A stretch of DNA of 64,000 nt from an uncultured Fidelibacterota bacterium. GTDB lineage: Bacteria; Fidelibacterota; Marinisomatia; Marinisomatales; UBA1611. The position numbers and the translations under genes were made by a program. Location: contig CAJWHW010000003.1 in assembly GCA_913040915.1 (NCBI GenBank), positions 9,701 to 73,700 on the forward strand, read 5' to 3'. Shown here piece after piece: positions 18,360 through 29,100 of this stretch (positions are counted from its first letter, which is position 1; each line of letters starts with the position of its first letter). The notes under the pieces are model-generated. The model did not search any database and was not told the DNA's origin. It worked only from the letters and a program-made list of their open reading frames with translations.

Positions 18360-20933
18360 TTATCCTTTCAATACATCTGTTATCAATTCATGAGTTTTTT
18401 CCATCACTAGTTCTAAAGACTTTATATCTTTGCCACCAGCGGTTGCAAGATGGTGTTTACCGCCGCCGCCACCACCCATAAATCCGCCGATTATTTTGGC
18501 TAAATTTTCGGCCGTAACACCTTTATCTATAAGGTCGTTTGAAACTATAATTACGGCAGACGGCTTACCTTCTACTTCACTAAAGAGAATACCAACTCCG
18601 CTACTCAAGTGTTGAAATAATTTATCTCCCAAGCCCTTCAGCTGATCCATTGAATTTGTATTTACTTGTTTTAATAGTATTTGATAATCTCCAATGGATT
18701 CAATTTCCTTTGATAAATCCAAATCTTGATTGGATTGCAAAAAGTGATGTTTTAGTTGTTTTTCCAGGTCCTTCTTTTCATTGAGAAGATTTTCTACACG
18801 TTCAGTAATGTCATTTGGTGGTGTTTTTAGTATTTCCTGTAACTCTTGTAATATAAACGAATTCTCCTGCATTTTTTCTACAGATTTTTTTCCAGTGATA
18901 GCTACAATACGCCGAACACCTGATGAAAGTGAAGATTCTTCAGTTATTTTAAAAGAACCAATATCTCCGGCACGATCTACGTGCGTACCACCACATAATT
19001 CCATAGAAAATTCGCCCACTTTAACCACCCTCACTTTTTCACCATATTTTTCTCCAAATATAGCCTCTGCACCTTCGGATTTTGCTTCATCAAAACTTTT
19101 AACTGAAACTTCTAAATTACTATTTAACAGAATTTGCTTATTAACTATTGTTTCAATTTGTATAATTTGGTCTGTAGATATTTTTTCAAAATGAGTTAAA
19201 TCAAATCTTAGATAATCTGGATGGACCAAAGAACCAGCTTGATTCACATGCTCACCAAGAACTTTCTTAAGAGCTTTATGCATTAGATGTGTTGCAGTAT
19301 GATTCTTACGAATAGATTGACGACGTGGCTCATCCACCCTACACTGTACCATGCCTTTTCCTTCCATAGATCCTGTACAGATATGGATGAATGAATCGTT
19401 ATCCTTTTTTACATCCAATACATGAAGGGAAATTCCGTCTCCTGTAATGGATCCTTGATCCCCAATTTGGCCCCCAGATTCCGCATAAAATGGTGTTTGA
19501 TTTAAAACTACAAAAATTTGGTCTTCTAAAATAGAATATTGCCGAATTTCTGCTTCGCATTCTATTGTTTCATATCCTAAAAATTCAGAGTCATCACCTT
19601 TGGAAACAATTATCCACTCTGTTTTATCTGTCTCAGTTTTGAAGTTACCTGAGTCCTTAGCCCGTTTTTTTTGGTCATCCATAGCACTGATAAACCCTTT
19701 TTCATCCACAGCTAAATGTCTTTCACGGGCCATTAGCTGCGTAAGGTCCAATGGAAATCCATACGTGTCATAAAGCTTAAATGCATCTGAGCCACTGATC
19801 TCTGACCCTTCCAATTTGGCAACTATTTTTTCAAAATGATTGATACCGCGATCTAAAGTATGATTAAAAGATGATTCTTCAGATTCAATAACTTTTTCTA
19901 AATGAGCCTTTTTTTCCACAACTTCAGGGAAAATACTACCCATAATCCCTCCAACGGTTTCTACCAGTTTATATAAGAAAGGATCGTATAGGCCAAGTGT
20001 CCTCCCAAACCGGGCACCACGCCTTAATATTCTCCTTAAAACGTATCCACGACCTTCATTAGATGGCAGAGCACCATCTGCAATGGAAAAGCACAACATA
20101 CGAATGTGATCTGCAATCACTCGAAAAGGGATTGGGTTTTTTTCATATGATGTATTTGATAGAGTCTCTATCCTTCTGATAATAGGTAAAAACAGATCCG
20201 TGTCATAATTACTATTTTTACCTTGAAGAACTGCTGCTATACGTTCTAGTCCAGCACCAGTATCCACATGTTTATCTGGAAGATCTTCCAAAGAACCATT
20301 TTTATTACGATTATTTTGGATGAAAACTAGATTCCATAATTCCCAGTATTGTTCCGATTTATTGACACCTGAAGAATCTTGTTTTTTTAGATCATCCCCT
20401 ACAAAATAATGTATTTCTGAGCATGGGCCACAAGGTCCAGTCTCGCCCATTTCCCAAAAGTTATCTTTTTTACCACAGCGTAATATTCGTTCATCTGGGA
20501 TATCTGTGATATCCATCCAAAGGTTGTAAGCTTCGTCATCGTCCTTATAAACTGTAGCCCAAAGACGTTCCTTATCTAATTTCCATACTTCTGTTAATAA
20601 CTCCCAGGCCCATTTTATAGCTTCTTTTTTATAATAATCACCAAAGGACCAATTCCCAAGCATTTCAAAAAATGTATGATGAAATGTATCTACACCAACT
20701 TCTTCCAAATCATTATGTTTACCTGACACTCTTATGCATTTTTGGCTGTTTACTGCACGAATACTTTTTGGTTTTGCTTGACCTAAAAAGATTGGTTTAA
20801 ATTGATTCATTCCTGCATTGGTAAATAAAAGAGTCGGATCATCATGGGGAACAACAGAAGAACTTCGAACAACTTTGTGATCTATATCTTCAAAATATTT
20901 TATAAATGAGTTTCTAATATCTGTGGAATTCAT
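18360..20933 (-). CDS. alaS: Alanine--tRNA ligase
   Basis: 857 aa. It has FTNAGMNQFKPIFLG and HHTFFEMLGNWSFGDYYK in the class II core, the editing-domain HTATHLMH...CGGTH motifs and a C-terminal DHHA1-like GGGGGKHHLA block. Confidence 0.95.
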   Translation of the reverse strand: MNSTDIRNSFIKYFEDIDHKVVRSSSVVPHDDPTLLFTNAGMNQFKPIFLGQAKPKSIRAVNSQKCIRVSGKHNDLEEVGVDTFHHTFFEMLGNWSFGDYYKKEAIKWAWELLTEVWKLDKERLWATVYKDDDEAYNLWMDITDIPDERILRCGKKDNFWEMGETGPCGPCSEIHYFVGDDLKKQDSSGVNKSEQYWELWNLVFIQNNRNKNGSLEDLPDKHVDTGAGLERIAAVLQGKNSNYDTDLFLPIIRRIETLSNTSYEKNPIPFRVIADHIRMLCFSIADGALPSNEGRGYVLRRILRRGARFGRTLGLYDPFLYKLVETVGGIMGSIFPEVVEKKAHLEKVIESEESSFNHTLDRGINHFEKIVAKLEGSEISGSDAFKLYDTYGFPLDLTQLMARERHLAVDEKGFISAMDDQKKRAKDSGNFKTETDKTEWIIVSKGDDSEFLGYETIECEAEIRQYSILEDQIFVVLNQTPFYAESGGQIGDQGSITGDGISLHVLDVKKDNDSFIHICTGSMEGKGMVQCRVDEPRRQSIRKNHTATHLMHKALKKVLGEHVNQAGSLVHPDYLRFDLTHFEKISTDQIIQIETIVNKQILLNSNLEVSVKSFDEAKSEGAEAIFGEKYGEKVRVVKVGEFSMELCGGTHVDRAGDIGSFKITEESSLSSGVRRIVAITGKKSVEKMQENSFILQELQEILKTPPNDITERVENLLNEKKDLEKQLKHHFLQSNQDLDLSKEIESIGDYQILLKQVNTNSMDQLKGLGDKLFQHLSSGVGILFSEVEGKPSAVIIVSNDLIDKGVTAENLAKIIGGFMGGGGGGKHHLATAGGKDIKSLELVMEKTHELITDVLKG

Positions 20934-20935
20934 AA

Positions 20936-22492
20936 TTAAAAGGAAAAACTTGTTTCTATGCTAGTCATATTTATCATCTCATCATTGTCCATTACATCAC
21001 CGTCTCCATTCAAATCTTGGAATGTGCGGCGGAAAATATAGGTGAATATCATCCCATTTCCCATTCGAAGTCCAACATTATAGCCCATGATGGTAGATTC
21101 TGAATATTCAAATTCAAATGGGTTGGGTACATTCCTTTGCTGATAGAACCAGGAAGCGCGGTCAATTTTGCTGATAGATTTCTTAAGTTTTAAAATTGCC
21201 ATAAAACTTTGGTTTGCAGTCTCTTCAAATTTATTGATCGTTTCACTATACTGTTCACCTTTTAAATTTTGATAAGATAAACCGACATCAAATAAATTAC
21301 CTAAATCAAGATCTAAACCTGAAAAGATTCCATTTTGTTTTCCATAAATTCCCAATTTATTTGCTTTGGTTTGAATCACCCCCTGATTTCCAGAAATACC
21401 TTGAAAAGTCGCTCGTTCAATTTCATATGAACGATTAAAATACCCAAATTCAAACTTCCCATTAGGTGCCATTCTAAATTCCAATGAAAAACGTGCAGGT
21501 CCTAATTTCATGGATAATCCTAACGGAATGATACCGTAACCAACATCTTCTTTGTCTCCGCTTATAGGATTTATCGTTTTACCCAATAGTGTAGCATATT
21601 GTGCATAGGCGTCCATTGCAATAGGCCCATCTCTTAAAAGCGGTATACCTACATCGAAAGCAAAAGAATGAATACCTTCTGACTCTTCATCAATATTTAA
21701 AGGTTCAGGTTTTGTTTGTATATCAGTATCTAAAACAATTATGGTGTCTAAATTCCAACCAGTGATACGGCTATCCAAAGTATCTGTAATACCGTCTCCA
21801 TCAATATCCAATTCGCTAGGATCACTATCCGCCCACCCATCTCCATCCGAATCTAACCAATATAGTTTATCATTAGGAAAATCATCAACTAGATCTGGAC
21901 GTCCGTCATCGTCAGAATCACGCAGTCCTAAATACTGGTTACGGTCACCTGCCCATGAAAAACTACCATTAAATCCGTAAGCCATCGGCGCAGTTACTCT
22001 TATACCTGACAAGCCAAGGTCTTCCTTAAAATCATTTGTAAAACCGTATATATTTAGGCCCATTGATTTTGCAACAAATTCCATTCCAACTTTTCTAACT
22101 TGCGGATATAATAATGTATTTGTGTAATTACTTATTAGAATTCCGTAACCCATAGTTACATGATCCAATGCACCTACTTTAAAATAATTCTCCCCATAGC
22201 GATTACCATATTTTATATAATATATTTTATCAATTAACGTATTTTTTACTTTCTCTCCAGAAGAAAAGTCCCATTCATCCTTATGAATATTTCCATCCTG
22301 GTCAATATAAAATACCAGATCTAACGCTATAGATAATTTTCCAAAAGGCAGGATTGGACGTAGGGCTAATTGGTTCCAGATTTTGCCATCGATTGTCACT
22401 GCACCGAAAGCACCCTGTACAGATTTATCATTCTGCGCCTTAATCAGGTTTGCTGAAAAGAATATTAAAATTATTTTTGTTTTAAGGCGCAT
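20936..22492 (-). CDS. Predicted outer-membrane beta-barrel protein with inserted thrombospondin-type-3-like Ca-binding repeats
   Basis: 518 aa with a signal peptide (IFFSANLIKAQ). It shows alternating beta-strand patterns and a C-terminal ...SIETSFSF ending in Phe. The central DSDDDGRPDLVDDFPNDKLYWLDSDGDGWADSDPSELDIDGDGITD block forms the repeats. Confidence 0.6.
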   Translation of the reverse strand: MRLKTKIILIFFSANLIKAQNDKSVQGAFGAVTIDGKIWNQLALRPILPFGKLSIALDLVFYIDQDGNIHKDEWDFSSGEKVKNTLIDKIYYIKYGNRYGENYFKVGALDHVTMGYGILISNYTNTLLYPQVRKVGMEFVAKSMGLNIYGFTNDFKEDLGLSGIRVTAPMAYGFNGSFSWAGDRNQYLGLRDSDDDGRPDLVDDFPNDKLYWLDSDGDGWADSDPSELDIDGDGITDTLDSRITGWNLDTIIVLDTDIQTKPEPLNIDEESEGIHSFAFDVGIPLLRDGPIAMDAYAQYATLLGKTINPISGDKEDVGYGIIPLGLSMKLGPARFSLEFRMAPNGKFEFGYFNRSYEIERATFQGISGNQGVIQTKANKLGIYGKQNGIFSGLDLDLGNLFDVGLSYQNLKGEQYSETINKFEETANQSFMAILKLKKSISKIDRASWFYQQRNVPNPFEFEYSESTIMGYNVGLRMGNGMIFTYIFRRTFQDLNGDGDVMDNDEMINMTSIETSFSF

Positions 22493-22650
22493 TTTAAGTA
22501 AGAATTAGGAAGATAAAATTACCCTACGTCATTTTACTGAACAACGTGTAAATGAACCATTTCTGACTATTTATAATCGTATAATCGCTCAGAAAAAATA
22601 AATCAAAACATATTCAGATAAATACAAACTTTTTTTTAATTTTAATAATC

Positions 22651-23262
22651 TTGCATCGAGTAATTCAGATTAGTTTTTTCAAACAAATTATCGGTTTTAT
22701 TATTTGGTTTACAGTTCTATTTCCACAAGTGAATCAAATAAAAACACTTAATTTAGAGTCCAAAGTAAATGGTATTATGATTCTTATGGAATTAGATACC
22801 TTACCGGATTTAGCGAATATAACTGGTTGGCAGGCAAACTCAGGGTGGTTTTATATAACACTTTACCAATTTAAAGGTGATTCTTCCAAACTGATGCCAA
22901 AAATTCTAAATAACAGTATCCGGGACTTTCAATTCATTCGGACCAATGAATCAATACAATTAGGTATTCGCCTTAATAATCCTATTCAAAATCATGAATT
23001 TTCACTAAAGGATGAAAAAAATACATTAGTGGCATCTCTGCATTATTCCACTGAATATTTGGCTCAATCAGATACCATCAAACAAATGGAGTTAGAGCAG
23101 CCGAAAAACATTATTAGCGATAATTTTAAAAACTGGCTTTATATCACCAGCACAGGACTTACAGCAATAGGAATCCTAAATAGTTTCAATGATAATATAG
23201 ATCATAAAACTACTATTGGGTTAGGCATTTTGATTTTTACCTTTATTCTAGATAAAATTTGA
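22651..23262 (+). CDS. Hypothetical protein with N- and C-terminal hydrophobic segments
   Basis: 203 aa ORF starting at a TTG. It is one of only three plus-strand genes and I recognise no motif. Confidence 0.45.
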   Translation: MHRVIQISFFKQIIGFIIWFTVLFPQVNQIKTLNLESKVNGIMILMELDTLPDLANITGWQANSGWFYITLYQFKGDSSKLMPKILNNSIRDFQFIRTNESIQLGIRLNNPIQNHEFSLKDEKNTLVASLHYSTEYLAQSDTIKQMELEQPKNIISDNFKNWLYITSTGLTAIGILNSFNDNIDHKTTIGLGILIFTFILDKI

Positions 23263-23361
23263 TTGAAAAAATGAAAGAATCTGTCATATTTCTAGCAATT
23301 ATCTGGGCAATAGTTTTTATCATTATGGGCGTTTATCTCCGATTCAAGTATAAAGATCGAT

Positions 23362-25023
23362 TTGATGAATTGGATAAATAAACTTCTTTTAAATCTGTCA
23401 ATCATTTCTCTTATAAGCGCAAGCGAATTATCTGTTCGACAATCTTACCATACCCTTTTTCTCGATAGCAGTAATGTCTGTGGTACTCCGTACATAAACA
23501 ATATAATTCGCCAAGGCCCCAGCGAACTAACAGAAGCTGAAAAATTAAAGATGGATGAAGTTGGACTGTTTATTCAGGGTAATGAAATTATTTCAAAGAA
23601 ATCTACTGATTTAGATCAAATATATGATACAGAACATTTTCGGTTTTATTATACTCTCGATGAATCATCTATTCATGTTGTGGAAAATCAAGGTTATGTA
23701 ATCACTATGGGTGAAGTGTTTGAAAATGTCTGGGACTTTTTTATGGATACTCTGGGATTCGAACAACCTCTTTTAAATCCGGAAAATGATCATTCACTAT
23801 ACGAAATCTATATTGAATATTTATCCCCTCAATATTTTGCTCTAACATATGGGCAAGGTTTTGGAGCATCCTGCCATGGATTTATAAAAATGCGAAATTC
23901 ATATTCTGGTTCACAATTTGATGATAATACAGTATTAGAAAATATCCAGGTTACAGCAGTACATGAATTTTTTCATGCAATTCAATTCAGTTATAATTGT
24001 TATGAAGAATTCTGGTTTATGGAAGCAACTGCAGTCTGGAGTGAGGATGAATTATTTAATGATATCAATGATTTCTATCGTTATATACCTACTTTTTTTT
24101 CAAACCCAGATGATCCCATTGGCACAGAAGGTAATTTCATGTATGGGACCTGTATCTTTTTCCAGTATATTGATGAACATTTGGGAGGGCGAGAAACCAT
24201 CCGCAAAAGCTGGGATTATTCTAGAGATTATGCCAGCCCAACAAAAAATATAAGTTACATGTCAATAGATGCTGCACTTCAGGATAACAATTCCAGTTTA
24301 GAAACGGCAATAAATCAGATGCGGATAGCGAACCTAATTCTTAGTTCCAATGAAGCAGCTGGTATTTATGCGTATGATGAAGCTGATGGCTATTTAACTG
24401 TGGTAAATCATCCACCAAAAGAAGATTACCTAATATTTGAAAAAGGGAACATTGATCAGATTGAAAATTTTTCACTCCAACGCTACAGTTCACATTATTA
24501 CTCTCTTACTACTGAATCTCCCGTATCATTATCACTAATAGCAACAAGTGGAGAGTTTTACTTTACATCGGTAGTGAAAATTTATGGGACTGACCAATGG
24601 GTAGTAAAGAGTGGATCAGAACTCAATATAGATCCAAAAATTGGGATTGATTGGATCGCATTAATTGTTTCTGCAATTGGAAAAGATGCAGATAATTGGG
24701 ATTATATTTTACGCTTAGATGATGGCTATTCAGAGGATTATACATTTTACCCACCTTACCCTAACCCTTCTTATGGACAAAGCATAAACTTTCAATTTCA
24801 AGTAATCACAGAACAAACTGTTGATTTTCGAATAATTGATTTATTAGGTCAGGAAATTTGGCATATCTCTAACTATTATGATGAACCCGAAGTCATAACT
24901 ATTGTTTGGCATGGAACAAACCATTTTGGCAAACAGGTCGCAAATGGTATTTATTTAGGTATTATGAAAGGAGAATCAAAAACAACACTACAGAAGTTTA
25001 CCTATTTAAAAAAATCAGATTGA
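23362..25023 (+). CDS. Secreted HExxH-motif putative zinc metalloprotease with T9SS C-terminal sorting domain
   Basis: 553 aa with a signal peptide. It has the VTAVHEFFHAIQ motif. The C-terminal roughly 85 aa (YPPYPNPSYGQSINFQFQV...GIYLGIMKGESKTTLQKFTYLK) match the T9SS type A CTD pattern. The likely ATG start is at 23365. Confidence 0.65.
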   Translation: MMNWINKLLLNLSIISLISASELSVRQSYHTLFLDSSNVCGTPYINNIIRQGPSELTEAEKLKMDEVGLFIQGNEIISKKSTDLDQIYDTEHFRFYYTLDESSIHVVENQGYVITMGEVFENVWDFFMDTLGFEQPLLNPENDHSLYEIYIEYLSPQYFALTYGQGFGASCHGFIKMRNSYSGSQFDDNTVLENIQVTAVHEFFHAIQFSYNCYEEFWFMEATAVWSEDELFNDINDFYRYIPTFFSNPDDPIGTEGNFMYGTCIFFQYIDEHLGGRETIRKSWDYSRDYASPTKNISYMSIDAALQDNNSSLETAINQMRIANLILSSNEAAGIYAYDEADGYLTVVNHPPKEDYLIFEKGNIDQIENFSLQRYSSHYYSLTTESPVSLSLIATSGEFYFTSVVKIYGTDQWVVKSGSELNIDPKIGIDWIALIVSAIGKDADNWDYILRLDDGYSEDYTFYPPYPNPSYGQSINFQFQVITEQTVDFRIIDLLGQEIWHISNYYDEPEVITIVWHGTNHFGKQVANGIYLGIMKGESKTTLQKFTYLKKSD

Positions 25024-25884
25024 TTCTGTAATTGTTCGAATCTCTTTTAGAATTTCTAAATAGTTTTCTTTTCCTTCTGTAAATCTAGAAATGTATTTCA
25101 TAGGTTTATCTTTTCTACCTACCAGAATGACATTAGCACCAGCTTCTTTTCTTGCTACTCTATCAATATTAGATAAAAACTGTTCATATTTATCTAATTT
25201 AATCCTGTATTCCTCGAGTTGAAGTGAGAGTTCTTGCACATAAAGCGAATAAGATGATTTAGGGTCTTGAAATAATGATTCATTTAAAACCTTATTAAAA
25301 TAATCAATATGCGGATCCAACAATTCTCTTTTATAACGGATGGTGTACAGGTGTTTTTTCAAAGGGATTGCTTCTTCATCCACATAAATGATCATCTTTT
25401 TAACTTTTTTAAAACCCTTTTCTAGTTTTTCTCTTTCTTTCGTATACTGTCTTTGAGATTTCTGAATAGAAATACTAAGGGAACGTAACATTTTTTGATA
25501 AGTAACGTTAGTGTCTGATGGGATTGTTTCGAGATCTATTGTATCTGTTTTTTTCATCTTACGTACTAATTTAACCAATTCCCTTGTAAGACTATCAACT
25601 TCTAAAATAGCATTGTTCATTCCTGTGTAACTGGGATCCAATCTCTCATATATTCGCAAATCATTATCTAAATAATACCGTAACTCCTTTTTCATTATTG
25701 GTTGCAGGTCATCCATATTTCTTGTTTCGGTTTTAGACCATTGCCGAATATTCAAGATCTGAACATCTACGGAATATACGTCATGCAATCTCCAAGGCTT
25801 AATTCGTCCCGCACAGTCCGCAAAAAAAAACAGGGTTCCCACTATTGCGAAAACCCTGGTCAATGCAAATAAACTGAAATTCAA
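25015..25884 (-). CDS. Hypothetical lipoprotein, coiled-coil rich
   Basis: 289 aa. It has a lipobox-like LFFFADC and a K/E/L-rich heptad-like sequence. Its stop overlaps the stop of the convergent gene (TCAGATTGA, 25015..25023). It overlaps the glutaredoxin gene by 4 nt. Confidence 0.55.
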   Translation of the reverse strand: MNFSLFALTRVFAIVGTLFFFADCAGRIKPWRLHDVYSVDVQILNIRQWSKTETRNMDDLQPIMKKELRYYLDNDLRIYERLDPSYTGMNNAILEVDSLTRELVKLVRKMKKTDTIDLETIPSDTNVTYQKMLRSLSISIQKSQRQYTKEREKLEKGFKKVKKMIIYVDEEAIPLKKHLYTIRYKRELLDPHIDYFNKVLNESLFQDPKSSYSLYVQELSLQLEEYRIKLDKYEQFLSNIDRVARKEAGANVILVGRKDKPMKYISRFTEGKENYLEILKEIRTITESI

Positions 25885-26120
25885 ACTTTCAAATTCCCTT
25901 CATTGTAATATTGAACCAGGTTATCAAACCCACCAATGGGTTTTTCATCAATCACAATTTGGGGAACAGTACGTCCACCGGTCAATTTAAAAAGATCATC
26001 ACGACTAATCTCTTTTTCTTCAATGTCTATAGTTTGAAAAGGGAGACTCAATTCATTCAATAAACTTTTGGCAGAATTACAGGGTCCACACCAACTAGTT
26101 GAGTATATTTTAATTTTCAT
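25881..26120 (-). CDS. Glutaredoxin
   Basis: 79 aa. It has the CGPC active site, TVPQIVID and GGFDNL motifs. It lies 2 nt downstream of the C25 gene. Confidence 0.85.
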   Translation of the reverse strand: MKIKIYSTSWCGPCNSAKSLLNELSLPFQTIDIEEKEISRDDLFKLTGGRTVPQIVIDEKPIGGFDNLVQYYNEGNLKV

Positions 26121-26122
26121 AT

Positions 26123-29100
26123 TTATTTCAAAAAGAGCAATTTCTGTACTTTAGTTTTTTCTCCATACTTCATAACAGCAAAATAAGTTCCTGAAGAGAC
26201 TGAATTTCCTAACCTGTTTGTACCGTTCCATATAATTTTATAATGCCCGGAAGCCAATATCCCATTTTGTAACTCAGCTATTTCTCGACCTAGGATATCA
26301 ACAATAAATATTTTTATTCTGCCTGTAATCGGAATAGTATAATCCAAACTTGTTACAGGGTTAAATGGGTTAGGATAAGGCGAATTTAATACAAATTCGT
26401 TTGAATTTATTTGATCATCTACTGCTAATGGAGCAACATAATTATCTGGTGCTTCCGTTGTGAAACGAATGACCCTTTCATTTACTAATGGGGCTGCACC
26501 AGGTGCATAAACATTATTAAAGACATACTGTAAACCGTAACTTTTTGTCGGAGATTCTATCCCAACAGTAGAATAATTTTTTGTTACATCCACATCTTCA
26601 ACCTCTAAATATTGAAAATCAATAACACCGTCCCCTGTTGCAGTAGGCATAGATGATTGATCATGGAGAATAATTTGAAACGTCTCTTCTGTTTCTTCAT
26701 CATAGCCATTTAATGCTCTCGACCATTCAATAATAAATCGACCTATTTCTTCATCGAACCAAGTATATACATTGATCCAAATATCTATAATTTCATCATT
26801 ATTTGTGTCAATGGTTTCCAAATCATCGGAGAAAGGAGCTAACAACGCTTTGGGCCCCATATACATTGGAATTGACATATTCCAAAAATAATCAATATAA
26901 CAAGGAACGAATGATGCCCATCCATTTGAACTTACTGTTATTTGATTATAATTAATCCCATGATATTTAAATGTAAATGGAAGCTCTATATTTACGTGGT
27001 CATCATCATCTAATTGGTAATGTGTACCACCACTCCCTCCAAAACCAGGATCCAATTCCACCCAATTAAATTCAGGTGTTTGTTCATAACCCACATCAGT
27101 ATCATCATAGGCCCAATAACCGTACCTGTTCGGTGCAACAGGATTATTCGTTGTAGGTGGTGAAATATGAAGTTGAACTTTTTGGGAAAAAAAAGTATTC
27201 CCTTCTTTTTGTAATTCAATTAAAAATGTTAAGTCACTGCCATAAGCAACTTCTTCAATGGAAAAATTATAATTTGTTGTATGAGATGATGTTGTAAATG
27301 GATTAAACGAAGACAAAATATCTGACGCACTATTCAGAGTAATAGTCACACCTTCTGTCAATGCAGAAACTCCAATCCATAGATCTTCATATGAACCTGC
27401 GGAAAAATTTGAAATGGATAATTCGGGTGAGATCTCTGTATTAGGTGTAACAGAACTACTTTCAAATGAAATATTGAAGAAAGGTAGTTCAACATCAACG
27501 AAAAATTCGCAAATCAAATTTCCATTTCCATCTTCCAATAACCCAATCACACCTTGACCAGCATCTAAATTGTTTATTACAAATTCAATGCTAGGCAGAT
27601 TCACACTATTTCCTGGAGCTATAACAGGAACATCCAATGTAAATGTATTCGGTGATACCCTATCAGAAAAAATAACCTGCCCAGAAAAAGCGTTGGAAGA
27701 ATTTCCAGAACTATTTTCCAATGTAATAGTCAGGTTGACCAATTCCCCAAGCACAGGTTTGTCATCGCTGTTTTGTCCGATAACATGAATATTTGATAAT
27801 AACAAAGTGTTATTTGTTGGCTCTGGATTAACTACTTCATGACCCTGTATAAATCCGCCTTTATTAGCATAGACATTTAATGAACTGACTCCGGACATAT
27901 CTATAGTTGAAATAAATTTTCCTGATGCATCCGAAATTCCCTTAGCAATCAATACACTTCCATTCATTACACTGATTACTGCGCCCTTGACTGCATCTCC
28001 ATTGTTATTTTTTACTGTTAAATTCAATAATCCATCTTGAGATTTGAATGGACCAACTTCAAAATTAAACTGCTCTGGAGTATCAACATACACCTGGAGT
28101 GAAGGGTCACCTAAAATGTTATAAACATGTGCATAAAATTCCTGAGCTTCACCAGGTCCATTTTGAGCAGGAAATTCTTTAATTAAACCTGATTGTCCTG
28201 CCTGCATAGCAGGACCTAATTCCACAATGTCATGATTTAATATTGCATCGTACATATATGCATTAATTACATTATTATATTTTGTGCTTGTGTGAAGATC
28301 GGATGGTCCGACAAATGCCACTCCGCCTTTAGGTACCGAAGGAGTTCCACCTCTCATCACAGCTTCAGCGAAACAAGGATCCACATTATTGGCAAAATCG
28401 TTTGAGTTACATACATAACTCATGAAAACCGGAGTTAGCCAGCCATTATTCAAATCATTTACATCATCTACATGAAATTCCGGATAGTGCCATCCATTTG
28501 CATCACCCCATCCTCGGTAATTCACTATTCCTACACCACTATTTATTGCAGGAATTATATACGGTGCTCCCTGCTGAACAGGTGGATAAAAAACCGTATC
28601 AACTTGGCTATATCCAAAATCTAATAATTCATCCATCAGCCAATATGATGTCCATTTAGGTGTAATCGGAATTGGATACGTATTGGCATAATTTCCAGCA
28701 ACAATGAGTCCACGACTTAACCAATTAGCATCATACGCAAGTGGGTCCCTAGCGTATTTTATTGTTTTTGCCATCATGACCGCTAAATCAGATAAAGAAT
28801 CAATTGAAAATCTGCCAATAAAGACATCTGGAATATTATCATTACCAATAATGTAGGTGTATCTCTGATCTGATACGTCATTCTCCGGACCGTAATAAAA
28901 AGATGGAAATGCAGCAAAGCCATCCACATCACCAAGCAAAAGAACATACTCTAACATAGGATTTTCAGACAACTTATTTGAAATTGTAGTTTTTATTGCT
29001 TCTGCTGTCTCTCCTGCTTCTGACAGCGGAATGACCTGAACATCAAATCCTTGGGAATTTTTGAATTCAATAAAGTCACCTAAATAGTTCACAATACCAT

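Noticed and set aside
25015-25023. A 9-nt overlap of the 3' ends of convergent genes (TCAGATTGA carries both stop codons).
   Set aside because: It is real in the sequence but a common consequence of tight packing. There is no room for a regulatory structure, so I do not treat it as a finding.
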